Part shown: piece by piece, positions 31,936 to 41,604 of the stretch | How the letters are laid out: every line of letters starts with the position of its first letter | Position numbering within the stretch: the first letter of the stretch is position 1 | NCBI GenBank assembly: GCA_963702205.1 | Contig: OY969724.1 | Span: 1,792,001 to 1,856,000 of the forward strand | Source: an uncultured candidate division Zixibacteria bacterium | Lineage (GTDB): Bacteria > Zixibacteria > MSB-5A5 > GN15 > PGXB01 | Length of the DNA: 64,000 nt | Direction of reading: 5' to 3' | Position numbers and translations under genes: made by a program | The notes under the pieces: model-generated | The model's input: the letters and a program-made list of their open reading frames with translations, nothing else | Databases searched by the model: none | What the model was told of the DNA's origin: nothing

Positions 31936-32660
31936 ACGTCATTGAGAACAATACGATTATCTTTATAAATCGGCAGGATAGAAAGCGAATCCGGCTGCGA
32001 GGCCAGCCGAACGTCCTCAGCGAACCCGATCTCGGCCAAAAGGCGCCCGTGTTCGCCCCCGGATATAGCCCGGTTCAAATCGTCCCGGTTGTTTTCATAC
32101 AACATCAATGCCAGTCCGGCGGCGTCGTTCAAACTGACTCCGCGACCTTTCTCGTGGATCAGCTTATGGATCAACATGCCGCCGCAAAGGGCGTCTTCAA
32201 TTGAAAAATCACCGTCGTTCCCGGCGCACAGGATGGAGGTGTCGATATCGGTGTGCGCTACGAAATCGGTGACGGCCGAAATATTCACGAAGGCTCCGGT
32301 AAGGCTGTACGACGACGACACCGACGCCTTATAACTGCGGGTGCCGTTAGTTGTCGTCATAATGATCGTCTTGCCCTTGATAATATCTTCGTTAAATTCG
32401 AGGGGCGAATTGCCCAGATCGAAATTCTCGATTTTGAGGCCGCCCCGCTCTCCGGCCAGGAGGGCATCATCGTGGCCTATTTTCTGCCGCATTTCGGCCG
32501 CTTCGTCCGATTCTTCCACCGGTATCACCGCCCGCGCTCCTTCCTTGAGCGCCTTGCAGATCGAGGTCGATGCCCGGAGGACGTCGATATTGACCACGAC
32601 CCGGTTTTCGAATCTCCGCTCTTTGTGCTTCCCCGGTATGATATATAAATCGATATTCAT
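31932..32660 (-). CDS. comB: 2-phosphosulfolactate phosphatase family
   Basis: IDVLRAST, GERGG, DLGNSP, TTTNGT and EDALCGG. Confidence 0.93.
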   Translation of the reverse strand: MNIDLYIIPGKHKERRFENRVVVNIDVLRASTSICKALKEGARAVIPVEESDEAAEMRQKIGHDDALLAGERGGLKIENFDLGNSPLEFNEDIIKGKTIIMTTTNGTRSYKASVSSSYSLTGAFVNISAVTDFVAHTDIDTSILCAGNDGDFSIEDALCGGMLIHKLIHEKGRGVSLNDAAGLALMLYENNRDDLNRAISGGEHGRLLAEIGFAEDVRLASQPDSLSILPIYKDNRIVLNDV

Positions 32661-33766
32661 TACCTGTGCGATCCCTCTTTGTAAAAAGGCGGTTTGACAA
32701 CGACGGCTCCGAACAGCTTGTCGCGTATTTTCAGTTCGACCCGGTTGCCGACATTGGTCAGCTCTCGTTTGAGATAACCCATCGCGATCGGTTTGCTCAA
32801 CGACGGCGAAACCGTGCCGGACGTCACCTGTCCGACCACTTCACCCTCATGGATTAACTCGTAGCCGTGACGGGGGAAAGCCCGGCCGTCGATTTCAAGA
32901 CAGATCAGGCGCCGCGACGGTTTCTCTTCTTTTTGTTTGACAAGCACGTCCCGCCCGATAAAATCGCCTTTGTCGAGCTTGACTATCCACGCCAGTGAGG
33001 CCTCGATGGGAGTCGTGGTTTGATCTATATCGTTGCCGTACAGGGTCATTTTCATTTCCAACCTTAGCGAATCACGGGCCCCCAGACCGATAAACTTCAT
33101 GTCGCGCTTATTCCCGGCGGTAACGGTTTTGGCCCACAAATCGGCGCACTGCTCGTTGGGGATGTACATCTCGAACCCGTCCTCACCGGTATAACCGGTT
33201 CGTGATACCAGCACGTCGTGCCCGCCGATTTCAATTGTCGCGACATTATAGTACGGCAGCGCTTCGAAATCGTACGGTGACATCTCCGATATCACCGTCT
33301 GCGCATTCGGGCCTTGTATCGCGAGAAGGCCGTAATCGTCCGACCTATTGACCATCTCGACGCTATCGGGCTTGTGCGATACCAACCAGTCCCAGTCTTT
33401 CTGCAAGTTGGCGGCGTTGACTACCAGCATGTACTTGTCGGGCAGGCGATAGACCAGAAGGTCGTCGACAATCCCGCCGTTTTCATAGCACATGCACGAG
33501 TACTGAATCTGTCCGGGATTGAGTGCGGAAACGTCGTTGGTAGTCATCTTCTGAAGGAAATCCAGCGCGCCGGGTCCCGAGACGAAAAATTCACCCATGT
33601 GTGACAGGTCGAAAAGCCCGACGTTCTTGCGCACGGCCAGATGTTCTTCGGTTATACCGGTGTACTGGATAGGCATCATGTACCCGGCGAAGGGGACCAT
33701 TTTGGCCCCCAACCCCAGATGATATTCATAAAACGGGGTAAGCTTTACCTCCGATGCGGTTTCCAT
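32660..33766 (-). CDS. gcvT: Glycine cleavage system aminomethyltransferase
   Basis: [20 protein letters not shown] and [11 protein letters not shown]. Confidence 0.97.
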   Translation of the reverse strand: METASEVKLTPFYEYHLGLGAKMVPFAGYMMPIQYTGITEEHLAVRKNVGLFDLSHMGEFFVSGPGALDFLQKMTTNDVSALNPGQIQYSCMCYENGGIVDDLLVYRLPDKYMLVVNAANLQKDWDWLVSHKPDSVEMVNRSDDYGLLAIQGPNAQTVISEMSPYDFEALPYYNVATIEIGGHDVLVSRTGYTGEDGFEMYIPNEQCADLWAKTVTAGNKRDMKFIGLGARDSLRLEMKMTLYGNDIDQTTTPIEASLAWIVKLDKGDFIGRDVLVKQKEEKPSRRLICLEIDGRAFPRHGYELIHEGEVVGQVTSGTVSPSLSKPIAMGYLKRELTNVGNRVELKIRDKLFGAVVVKPPFYKEGSHR

Positions 33767-33769
33767 CGT

Positions 33770-35701
33770 TTATTTGCCCCCCGACTTGGTGAAGTTCAGC
33801 AGGCCGCCCGCCAGAATGATCTTGCGGTGCCGTTCGGCCAGATGATCGATTTTCATGGTGTACGTCTGGTTTTTGGTTTTGTTAACCAGAGTCAGGGTGG
33901 GACTGTCGGCCACCTCTTTCTTGGCGTTGGGCATTTCGAGAACGTCGGTCTGGTCGATCTTGTCGTAATCTGCGGGGTCGGCAAAGACGGCCGGGACGAT
34001 TCCGAAATTGATCAGATTGGCCAGATGTATTCTCGCGAAGCCTTTAACCGCGACCATCTTGATCCCGAGATACATCGGAGCCAGAGCGGCGTGCTCGCGC
34101 GAGGAGCCCTGACCATAGTTGTCGCCGCCGACAATAAAGCCGCCGCCTTTATCTTTGGCGCGCTTCGCGAAATCAGGATCGACCTGATAGTACACGAACT
34201 CGGCGATTTTGGGGATGTTCGATCGCAGGGGAAGAACCTTAGCACCGGCGGGCATGATATGGTCGGTCGTGATATTGTCGCCGACTTTGAGCAGAACCTC
34301 GCCCTCGATTTTCTCTGCCAGAGGTTTGTTGATCGGCAGCGGCGCAATATTCGGTCCGCGCTTGACTTCGACCTTGGCCGGGGTTTTCGACGGGGCAATG
34401 ATACCGGAATCGTCGATTTTGATCGACTTGGGCATCGTGATCCGGGGGTATTTGCCCAGCTTGCGCGGGTCGGTGATGCTGCCGGTCAAAGCCGCGGCAA
34501 CACAGGTCTCGACGCTGGCCAGATAGACGTTGGCATCTTTGGTGCCCGAACGACCGGGGAAGTTGCGGTTGAACGAACGGACCGAAACACCACCCGAATT
34601 GGGAGCCTGGCCCATGCCGATGCACGGACCGCAGGCGCTTTCGATAACCCGCGCGCCTGAGGCGATTATATCGGTCAGAGCGCCGTTGCCGGCGATGGCT
34701 TCGAAGACCTGCTTCGATCCGGGGGTGACCGTCATTGAGACGCTCGGCGAGACTTTCTTGCCCTTCATCAGACGGGCCGTCGCCATGAGATCATTGTACG
34801 ATGAATTGGTACAGCTGCCGACACAAACCTGGTCGACTTTCATATTTTTTAACTTTTTGACCGCGATAACATTGTCGGGCGAGTGAGGCTGAGCGACCAG
34901 CGGTTCGAGCTTGTCGAGGTTTATTTTGACGACGCGCACGTATTCGGCGTCGGGGTCGGCTTCCAGCTTGCGCCAGACGTTGGCGCGCTTCTGAAGCTTC
35001 AAAAAGTCGCGGGTTTTTTCATCCGACGGAAACACCGACGTCGTCGCGCCTAATTCGGCGCCCATATTGGTGATCGTCGCGCGCTGCGGGACCGTCAGCG
35101 TCTTGACACCGGGACCGCCATATTCAATGACGTTTCCTACGCCGCCTTTGACGGACAGGATGCGCAGGACTTCGAGAATGATATCTTTAGCGGTTACGAA
35201 CGGTTTCAGCGAGCCGGTCAAATGCACGTTTATCACGTTCGGCATTTTCATATAGAACGGGCCGCCGCCCATCGCGCAGGCGACGTCGAGCCCGCCCGCA
35301 CCGATCGCGATCATCCCGAGACCGCCGCCGGTCGGGGTGTGCGAGTCGGAGCCGAGAAGCGTTTTGCCCGGGGCGCCGAAGCGCTCGAGATGCACCTGAT
35401 GGCAAATGCCGTTGCCGGGGCGCGAGAAGTATATACCGTATTTTGAGGCCACCGACTGCAGGTACTGGTGATCGTCGGCGTTTTCAAACGATGCCTGCAG
35501 CATGTTGTGGTCGACGTAGGAGACCGAAAGCTCGGTCTTGACCTTCTTGAGACCCAACGCCTCGAACTGAAGGTACGCCATCGTCCCGGTGGCGTCCTGC
35601 GTCAGGGTCTGGTCGATTTTAATGGCTATATCTCCGCCGGGTTTCATGTTCCCGGTGACAAGATGCTCGGAAATGATTTTTTCGGCTAAATTCAGTCCCA
35701 T
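33770..35701 (-). CDS. Aconitate hydratase (short type)
   Basis: QDATGT, DSHT, GSCTN, CGPCIG, NRNF and GSSREHA. Confidence 0.93.
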   Translation of the reverse strand: MGLNLAEKIISEHLVTGNMKPGGDIAIKIDQTLTQDATGTMAYLQFEALGLKKVKTELSVSYVDHNMLQASFENADDHQYLQSVASKYGIYFSRPGNGICHQVHLERFGAPGKTLLGSDSHTPTGGGLGMIAIGAGGLDVACAMGGGPFYMKMPNVINVHLTGSLKPFVTAKDIILEVLRILSVKGGVGNVIEYGGPGVKTLTVPQRATITNMGAELGATTSVFPSDEKTRDFLKLQKRANVWRKLEADPDAEYVRVVKINLDKLEPLVAQPHSPDNVIAVKKLKNMKVDQVCVGSCTNSSYNDLMATARLMKGKKVSPSVSMTVTPGSKQVFEAIAGNGALTDIIASGARVIESACGPCIGMGQAPNSGGVSVRSFNRNFPGRSGTKDANVYLASVETCVAAALTGSITDPRKLGKYPRITMPKSIKIDDSGIIAPSKTPAKVEVKRGPNIAPLPINKPLAEKIEGEVLLKVGDNITTDHIMPAGAKVLPLRSNIPKIAEFVYYQVDPDFAKRAKDKGGGFIVGGDNYGQGSSREHAALAPMYLGIKMVAVKGFARIHLANLINFGIVPAVFADPADYDKIDQTDVLEMPNAKKEVADSPTLTLVNKTKNQTYTMKIDHLAERHRKIILAGGLLNFTKSGGK

Positions 35702-35911
35702 GATAAACTCCTATATGTCAAAAATCCCGTATCTTACAGAATCTATCAAAAAACCCCAAAACCTCCCAATTGTCAATGGATTATTTATACGCACGGAAGA
35801 GGGACAAATCCGAAGTCCAAGTCGCATTTTGATGAGATTTTAAAAAAAACGGGGCAATTGGCTTATATTTTCGTCTAATAAAGAACCGATCAAATACAGG
35901 GAGATTTCAAT

Positions 35912-36262
35912 ATGGGATTCGTGGACTTGAAAAATATGCCGGAACTGACCATCGCCGAGGGCATCACAGGACGAGCCGTGACGGCCGACACGCTGACCGT
36001 CATGCACGTCGTCCTCAAAGCCGGGGCGATCATCCCCGAGCATTCGCACTATCACGAACAGGTGGTCAACGTCATCGAGGGCGAGATGGAACTCGTGGTC
36101 GACGGCCAGCCGCACCGTCTGGTTCCCGGCAACGCGATGGTTCTGGCACCCAACGTGGTACATTCCGGCAAAGTGATTTCGGAGTGTAAGGTGGTCGACG
36201 TCTTTCATCCGGTACGCAAAGATTTCGCCGGCTCGGACTTTGGCGGCTATCCGCAAGAATAG
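35912..36262 (+). CDS. Cupin domain protein
   Basis: HSHYHEQ and PNVVHS; GGGAG RBS. Confidence 0.9.
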   Translation: MGFVDLKNMPELTIAEGITGRAVTADTLTVMHVVLKAGAIIPEHSHYHEQVVNVIEGEMELVVDGQPHRLVPGNAMVLAPNVVHSGKVISECKVVDVFHPVRKDFAGSDFGGYPQE

Positions 36263-36313
36263 CAGCTCAGATAGTAAGGCAGGAGTGACTTACTAAAAAT
36301 GCATTTAAAAGAC

Positions 36314-36388
36314 GTCATGCCCCCCCTTCACTTCGTTCACTTCACATGCTCAGCGCAGGCAGGACCTTCGGCAAGTGGCATGACCTAC
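36314..36388. repeat. REP-like hairpin element with internal insert (copy 1)
   Basis: GTCATGCC...GGCATGAC-CTAC; shares a 24-nt core with 47663-47686. Confidence 0.7.
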
Positions 36389-36399
36389 AAATGCTCTAT

Positions 36400-36562
36400 C
36401 AATGTCATCCCGGGCTAGACTTATGTCATCCCCGAACCTCCTCGCAATGTCATCCCGGGCATGACTTATATCATCCCCGAACCCCCTCACAATGTCATCC
36501 CGGGCTTGACCCGGGATACAGTGTTTCTCTTCAATGTCATTCCCGACCTGATCGGGAATCCA
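36400..36562 (+). repeat. Tandem REP-like array, 45-nt period, CAATGTCATCCCG... units
   Basis: Units start at 36400, 36445, 36490 and 36532; the third contains TGTCATCCCGGGCTTGACCCGGGAT and the fourth GTCATTCCCGACCTGATCGGGAATCC. Confidence 0.8.
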
Positions 36563-36608
36563 TCTTTCTTCCGTTTCGGGACGACCCACCGTACAAAGCT
36601 CCCATCGT

Positions 36609-36720
36609 GTGGCCCCTCCAAATTTATTTGGAGGGGTCTTACGTAAAAAACCTCCACTCCAAACAAGTTTGGAGTGGCCACCCAATCATACGTTGTGATC
36701 GGCGGGTCCTCAGACCCGCC
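36609..36720. repeat. REP doublet plus further palindrome
   Basis: CCCCTCCAAA/TTTGGAGGGG and CCACTCCAAAC/GTTTGGAGTGG hairpins in inverted arrangement; GGCGGGTC-CTCA-GACCCGCC. Confidence 0.75.
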
Positions 36721-37277
36721 GCCAACCCGGTCGATATGAGGATCAACCCTTCAGAGTTCAGGCCAGGCCGGGCACAATGCTCGGGCGCAATGGCATGTGG
36801 CCTCGACAATTTCACTACCAACCTTGTATTTTGCCCCTGATTTTCACGCCGTTTTCGACCCGTTTTGGCACAGATAATCCAATGCGACGGTATGCCTTAT
36901 AAAAAATTGGCTTTGGTCGTACCATTTTTTTATTTCTGTCCCCGCTCCACGACAAAATATGGGTGCCGGGGTGCCCCGCCGTCCGAAGGTCCCGAATTTT
37001 TATGCGGGATTGCGGTGGGTTCTTATAAGTGGGCGGCAGATGTCCACAGGCCTCCTGATCTTTTGAAGGATGTGCCGCGCACAACACCGAATATGGATGA
37101 CACTTTTTAAACATACCTATAGGCCTCTATAATACCCCGACGTACGAATTCAACATTGAGTTGGAGGGGATTTAAATATTCCCAAATGATAAAAACTGAT
37201 TTATATTTTATTATGATTTCAATATAATTTGTTCTTGTTTTTCTTGGATATTGGGGTGTGGAATTATAAATATTATT

Positions 37278-38498
37278 ATGGTGAATAAATCAAAGATTAT
37301 AGAAAAGCTCGATTGGGGCAAAATCGTTTCTGCAAAATCTGATAATAGGACGCCACCCTACTCTTGGTACTCGTTCAAACATCGCTTTGGTAGTGAGTTC
37401 GTATCTAGAGTATATTCGATGTTTCGATTAAGAGCTGGGGATACTGTTTTTGACCCGTATTGTGGTGGAGGCACCACTTTAATTAAGGCAAAAATGAATG
37501 GCATTAATGCAATTGGTCTTGATATTTCCCCCTTTTCTGTCTTTTTGACAAACGTATTAACACGAGCGTTCAAACCCGATAGACTTAAATTACAGCTAGA
37601 TTTGCTTGCCCACGAAATTGATAATAATGTATATATCCCAGATGTAGGTATACTAAAGAAATCCTTTTCAAATAAAACCCTTAAGTATATTTATTCACTA
37701 AAAACAGAAATTAATACGCTCAAATCTCGAGACCGCGATTTTTTCATATTTTCTTTGCTTTGCATATTGGATGAAGTAAGCAAGGCGAAAAAATCAGGCG
37801 GATTTTTAAGAATCACTGACCAAAGAATGACAACGTGGTCAAATGTGAAAAAAGAATTTGTACTGCGATGCCGTAAATTCACAGATGAAATGAGAAATTA
37901 TAAATATACCACTGCCAATTCAAAAGCATATATAGGAGATTCCCGGAATTATCCGAAACACATAAAAGGCCAATCTTTTGATGCCATATTAACGTCACCA
38001 CCATATCCAAACAGACATGATTATACCCGCATCTACGAGTTGGAGCTTTTGGTTGGTTTCTTAAAAGATAATGATTCCTTAAAAAAGCTGCGTTATTCCA
38101 CATTAAGGTCACACGTTGAAGCAAGACAATTATTTACAGCAAAGGGATATTCACCTCCTGTATTGCTAAAACAAAAATTAAAACTCCTTGGCAATTTGCA
38201 ATTGAATAATCCTAAGATCGTTGATACACTTATAGGATATTTCGAAGACATGTTCCTTTCGCTTAGAGAGATGCATAGAGTATTGAAACCTGGCAGATAT
38301 ATTGGATTGGTTGTCAGCAACGTCCGGTTTTCGGGGGTTATGATACCCGTGGATGAACTGCTGGCTGAAGTTGGTGAAAGTGTTGGTTTGAAATTGAAAC
38401 AGATTTATATTTTGAGATATAGAGGCAATAGTCCTCAACAAATGTCACAATTCAAACGAGAACCCTGTAGAGAAAGTCTTGTAGTCTGGACAAAATGA
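37278..38498 (+). CDS. Amino-DNA methyltransferase (SPPY, probably N4-methylcytosine, alpha-type motif order)
   Basis: N-terminal motif I FDPYCGGGTT and later motif IV TSPPY; AT-rich; alternative TTG start at 37251. Confidence 0.9.
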   Translation: MVNKSKIIEKLDWGKIVSAKSDNRTPPYSWYSFKHRFGSEFVSRVYSMFRLRAGDTVFDPYCGGGTTLIKAKMNGINAIGLDISPFSVFLTNVLTRAFKPDRLKLQLDLLAHEIDNNVYIPDVGILKKSFSNKTLKYIYSLKTEINTLKSRDRDFFIFSLLCILDEVSKAKKSGGFLRITDQRMTTWSNVKKEFVLRCRKFTDEMRNYKYTTANSKAYIGDSRNYPKHIKGQSFDAILTSPPYPNRHDYTRIYELELLVGFLKDNDSLKKLRYSTLRSHVEARQLFTAKGYSPPVLLKQKLKLLGNLQLNNPKIVDTLIGYFEDMFLSLREMHRVLKPGRYIGLVVSNVRFSGVMIPVDELLAEVGESVGLKLKQIYILRYRGNSPQQMSQFKREPCRESLVVWTK

Positions 38499-39592
38499 GC
38501 AAAAAGGCGCGGAAAAAAATCGTTTATTTGTTTGGCGCTGGTGCAACACAAGGTGAAGTAAGTCTTAGAAATAATGCAGTTCGAATCACCATGGATGATA
38601 TTAGAGAAGGGATTCGGAAAAAGGCATCCGGTGATAACAAAATTAACAAAGTCTGCCCTCGCCTTATAAACGAATTATCTATCCAACAACTAGATATAGA
38701 GCATTTGATCACCCTATATGAAGCAAGCAGTAGCAATAATCATACTAAAATTGCCAAATATCTTAAGGAATCATTTAAAACCGAAATCCAAGAGAAATTG
38801 GCGCTTTTAGGCAAGGATTTTGAACCAATTTTGTATCCAGCTCTTTTAGATATGCATAATATAGATGGGTTAAATGAAGATATCAATGGCATAATCACGA
38901 TAAATTACGAAGACCTTCTTGATAGAAGTGTAAACAAAATACTTAACGGTATTAGCTATTTTATAAAGATTAGTGGCAATAAGAAATATTTAAAAATCGA
39001 CGAAAAGGCAGAATATCCGATTCTGAAATTACACGGATCATTCAATTGGCAAAAATCTTACCCAATTGCATTAGTAAATAAAGGAAAATCGAAAAATGGC
39101 GAAAATGTTATTTGGGCACCGCCAGGAGTTTTTAAAAAGACCGAAAAATATCCTTTCAGTATTCTTTGGGGCAGGGCAATGGAAATTTTGGATTGCGATG
39201 TTTTGCGCATTATAGGATGCTCATTAAACCGGAATGACTGGCAATTGATCTCGCTGATCTATTCTACTCAAATGTTAAATAAAAACGAAACGAGTTATGA
39301 CATTGAACTCATTGATAAACCTAGTGCGTGTGATTCAATAGCCGATAAATATACATATTTAAAATTTCGCAAAATCTATGAAATTTCAGAAGTAAAAAGT
39401 TATATAAATGGTGAAATTGGCGGCAAAAATGGGGATATATCAATCAGCACAATAATAGAAGCATTAAACACTCCTGATAGAAATATATTTGATACTTGGC
39501 TTAAATCAAAGGGCGAATATTTAATTGCAAATTCAATAAAACTTGATACGCCGAGGGGATTCTTCAATAATTATATTAGGGAAAGAGGATAA
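38495..39592 (+). CDS. SIR2-like (SIR2_2) domain protein, putative NADase effector
   Basis: YLFGAGAT, ITINYE, LKLHGS and IIGCSL; ATGA overlap with the methyltransferase. Confidence 0.85.
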   Translation: MSKKARKKIVYLFGAGATQGEVSLRNNAVRITMDDIREGIRKKASGDNKINKVCPRLINELSIQQLDIEHLITLYEASSSNNHTKIAKYLKESFKTEIQEKLALLGKDFEPILYPALLDMHNIDGLNEDINGIITINYEDLLDRSVNKILNGISYFIKISGNKKYLKIDEKAEYPILKLHGSFNWQKSYPIALVNKGKSKNGENVIWAPPGVFKKTEKYPFSILWGRAMEILDCDVLRIIGCSLNRNDWQLISLIYSTQMLNKNETSYDIELIDKPSACDSIADKYTYLKFRKIYEISEVKSYINGEIGGKNGDISISTIIEALNTPDRNIFDTWLKSKGEYLIANSIKLDTPRGFFNNYIRERG

Positions 39593-39594
39593 AT

Positions 39595-40737
39595 ATGAAT
39601 ACTAAACATTTGATTTGGAAAATAAGTGATTTAAGAGAAAATGTAACAAAAATAGAATTTCCAGAATTTCAACGAGAACCTACTGTATGGAGACTTGATA
39701 AAAAAGAAAGGTTAATTGATTCGATACTCCGTGAGTTTGATATTTCTTCAATTTACTTCCACAAAAGAAAAGATGGGGCCTTTGATTGCATTGATGGAAG
39801 ACAAAGGATAAATGCCATTTATTCATATATAGGCATAAATGGTTCGGATCCGGATCACAACAATTTTAACCTCAGGATGCAAAACGAAATCTATGACGAT
39901 CTTGAGATTTTTAAAGAAGTAGATGGAAAAAGATATGAAAGATTGCCTGAGGATTGGAAAGCCAAGTTCGATAATTATAAATTGAACATTGTTCTGGTTT
40001 CCGATTTAAGGGAAGATGAAGAAATGAACCTTCTTTTCTTGCGGCTCCAAATAGCATCTGTTTTAAATGCTGGTGAAAAATTACACGCTATGACGGGTGA
40101 AATGAGAGATTTCATTTTTGATGATCTTGTCAAATCAGAATTTTTTAATAAAATAGCTATACCTGAACGCAGGTTTGCTAGACAACAAGTTGCAGCACAA
40201 ATAGTTTTAAATGTTTTTGGCAGAAAATTGGAGGGTACATTTAAGAGGTCGCGTTTTACGGATTTGCAGGAATTCCTTAAACAATATAGCGAATTTTCTA
40301 TAGACGATAAAATGATTATAAAAGAAATAAAAGAGAATGTTGATATTATAAACAAGAATTTCAATCGAAATTTGAAGTTTATTAAAAATAGAGCTTTAAC
40401 AGTATCTGTTTACCTTTTTGCAAGCGATCTTATTAAAGTAAATAAAGAAAGCGAGATAAGCATATTTGCAGATTTTTTCAAGAAGTTTTTAAGAACATTA
40501 AAGTGGCAAATTCCCTTAGGCCCCAAAATTGATCCTGCCTATTATGATATTTTAAGTTTCCAGACAAATATATCACAGGCGGCGGGTGAAAGAGGAGCGA
40601 TAGAAAAAAGACATAGCTCCTTACACGACTATTATAATTATTACAAGGAAAATAATGGGAAGATTAAAGGCGATGTTGAATATAAAAAAAATACAAGGCT
40701 GGAACCGGAAACGCAAAGAGCAAAAATTCGCATTTAA
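39595..40737 (+). CDS. DUF262 (GmrSD N-terminal/ParB-Srx-like) domain protein
   Basis: PEFQRE..W, LIDSIL, IDGRQR and FLRLQ; no HNH motif seen. Confidence 0.85.
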   Translation: MNTKHLIWKISDLRENVTKIEFPEFQREPTVWRLDKKERLIDSILREFDISSIYFHKRKDGAFDCIDGRQRINAIYSYIGINGSDPDHNNFNLRMQNEIYDDLEIFKEVDGKRYERLPEDWKAKFDNYKLNIVLVSDLREDEEMNLLFLRLQIASVLNAGEKLHAMTGEMRDFIFDDLVKSEFFNKIAIPERRFARQQVAAQIVLNVFGRKLEGTFKRSRFTDLQEFLKQYSEFSIDDKMIIKEIKENVDIINKNFNRNLKFIKNRALTVSVYLFASDLIKVNKESEISIFADFFKKFLRTLKWQIPLGPKIDPAYYDILSFQTNISQAAGERGAIEKRHSSLHDYYNYYKENNGKIKGDVEYKKNTRLEPETQRAKIRI

Positions 40738-40809
40738 TCTTTGATACTCATTTTCCCCACCAACCCATAGGTAAATCACGACGCACCCCTTTATAAAAGG
40801 AGTGTCATT

Positions 40810-40896
40810 ATGTCTGCATCAGAAAAACAAATCATAGCCTGCCGTAAGAATGCCCAAAGCCAATACAAACGATGGCTATTGGGAGAGGCGAAATGA
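40810..40896 (+). pseudogene. Truncated remnant of the 'KQIAANRRNAQKSTGP' hypothetical protein family
   Basis: AAAAGGAG RBS, then MSASEKQIIACRKNAQS with a stop after 28 aa. Confidence 0.5.
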
Positions 40897-40995
40897 GTTT
40901 TCAAATTCGAACCCATTTTGTTGTAACTGCAATGAACATAAGCTGTTGTGATGAATGATGGATAAGCGAGGTCATGTATAATATTTAACTGCTCC

Positions 40996-41514
40996 TCAAT
41001 ACTCCTCATCCAGTATCGACATGACGTGCAAAGAGAAGTACTTATCGCCGACTTTCATTGATTTGCGATGGGTGCCCTCGAAGATGAACCCCTCGGTTTC
41101 GTACAGCTTGCGCGCCCGGTCGTTGTACTCGATCACCTCCAGCCACAGACGATGCACCCCGGCGTTTTCGAACGCGAATTTCTTGATCAACTGTACGGCG
41201 TCGCGGCCAAAGCCCATACCCTTGTCTTTGATGGCGATGCGTTTGAACTCCAGATTGCGGTCGGCGTCTTTGAGACCGATTAAAATGACAATCCCGACGA
41301 CGGTTTTAGTGTCGACCGTCTCCACCATCACCTGCGCGATATTGTCGTCGTCGATGGCGGCCATATGTTTCTCGCGGTTCCAGAGCCGGATATAGGGCGA
41401 GTTTTCGATATCGTTTTCCATCTCCATGATAAGCTCGATATCGTCCTCGGTCGACGGCCTGAAACCGATTCGGTTGTTTTGTACGATGTATCCTTCGGTC
41501 ATAATTTGCCCCAA
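40996..41514 (-). CDS. GNAT N-acetyltransferase (RimJ/RimL-like)
   Basis: KGMGFG, HRLWLEV and NDRARKLYETEGF. Confidence 0.9.
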   Translation of the reverse strand: MGQIMTEGYIVQNNRIGFRPSTEDDIELIMEMENDIENSPYIRLWNREKHMAAIDDDNIAQVMVETVDTKTVVGIVILIGLKDADRNLEFKRIAIKDKGMGFGRDAVQLIKKFAFENAGVHRLWLEVIEYNDRARKLYETEGFIFEGTHRKSMKVGDKYFSLHVMSILDEEY

Positions 41515-41604
41515 ATGTCGATTTCTTTCAATTTAATAAATCAGGCCGACAATTTCCACTTGCTTTTTTGTGGGAATTGCTATATTGCCGGTCGGCTTTT
41601 GATT

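Noticed and set aside
33641..34660. Long antisense ORFs (also 7409-8242, 23275-24030, 43900-44661, 51963-52946)
   Set aside because: They are shadow frames opposite well-supported genes with biased codon usage.
36400..36562. CRISPR array
   Set aside because: The intervening sequences are near-identical rather than unique spacers, the units are REP half-sites, and no cas genes are in the window.
36346..37114. ORFs over the repeat region (e.g. 36346-36840, 36350-36685, 36815-37114)
   Set aside because: They are translations of REP palindromes (CHPGLD and VIPGLTRD patterns) or have no recognisable protein features.
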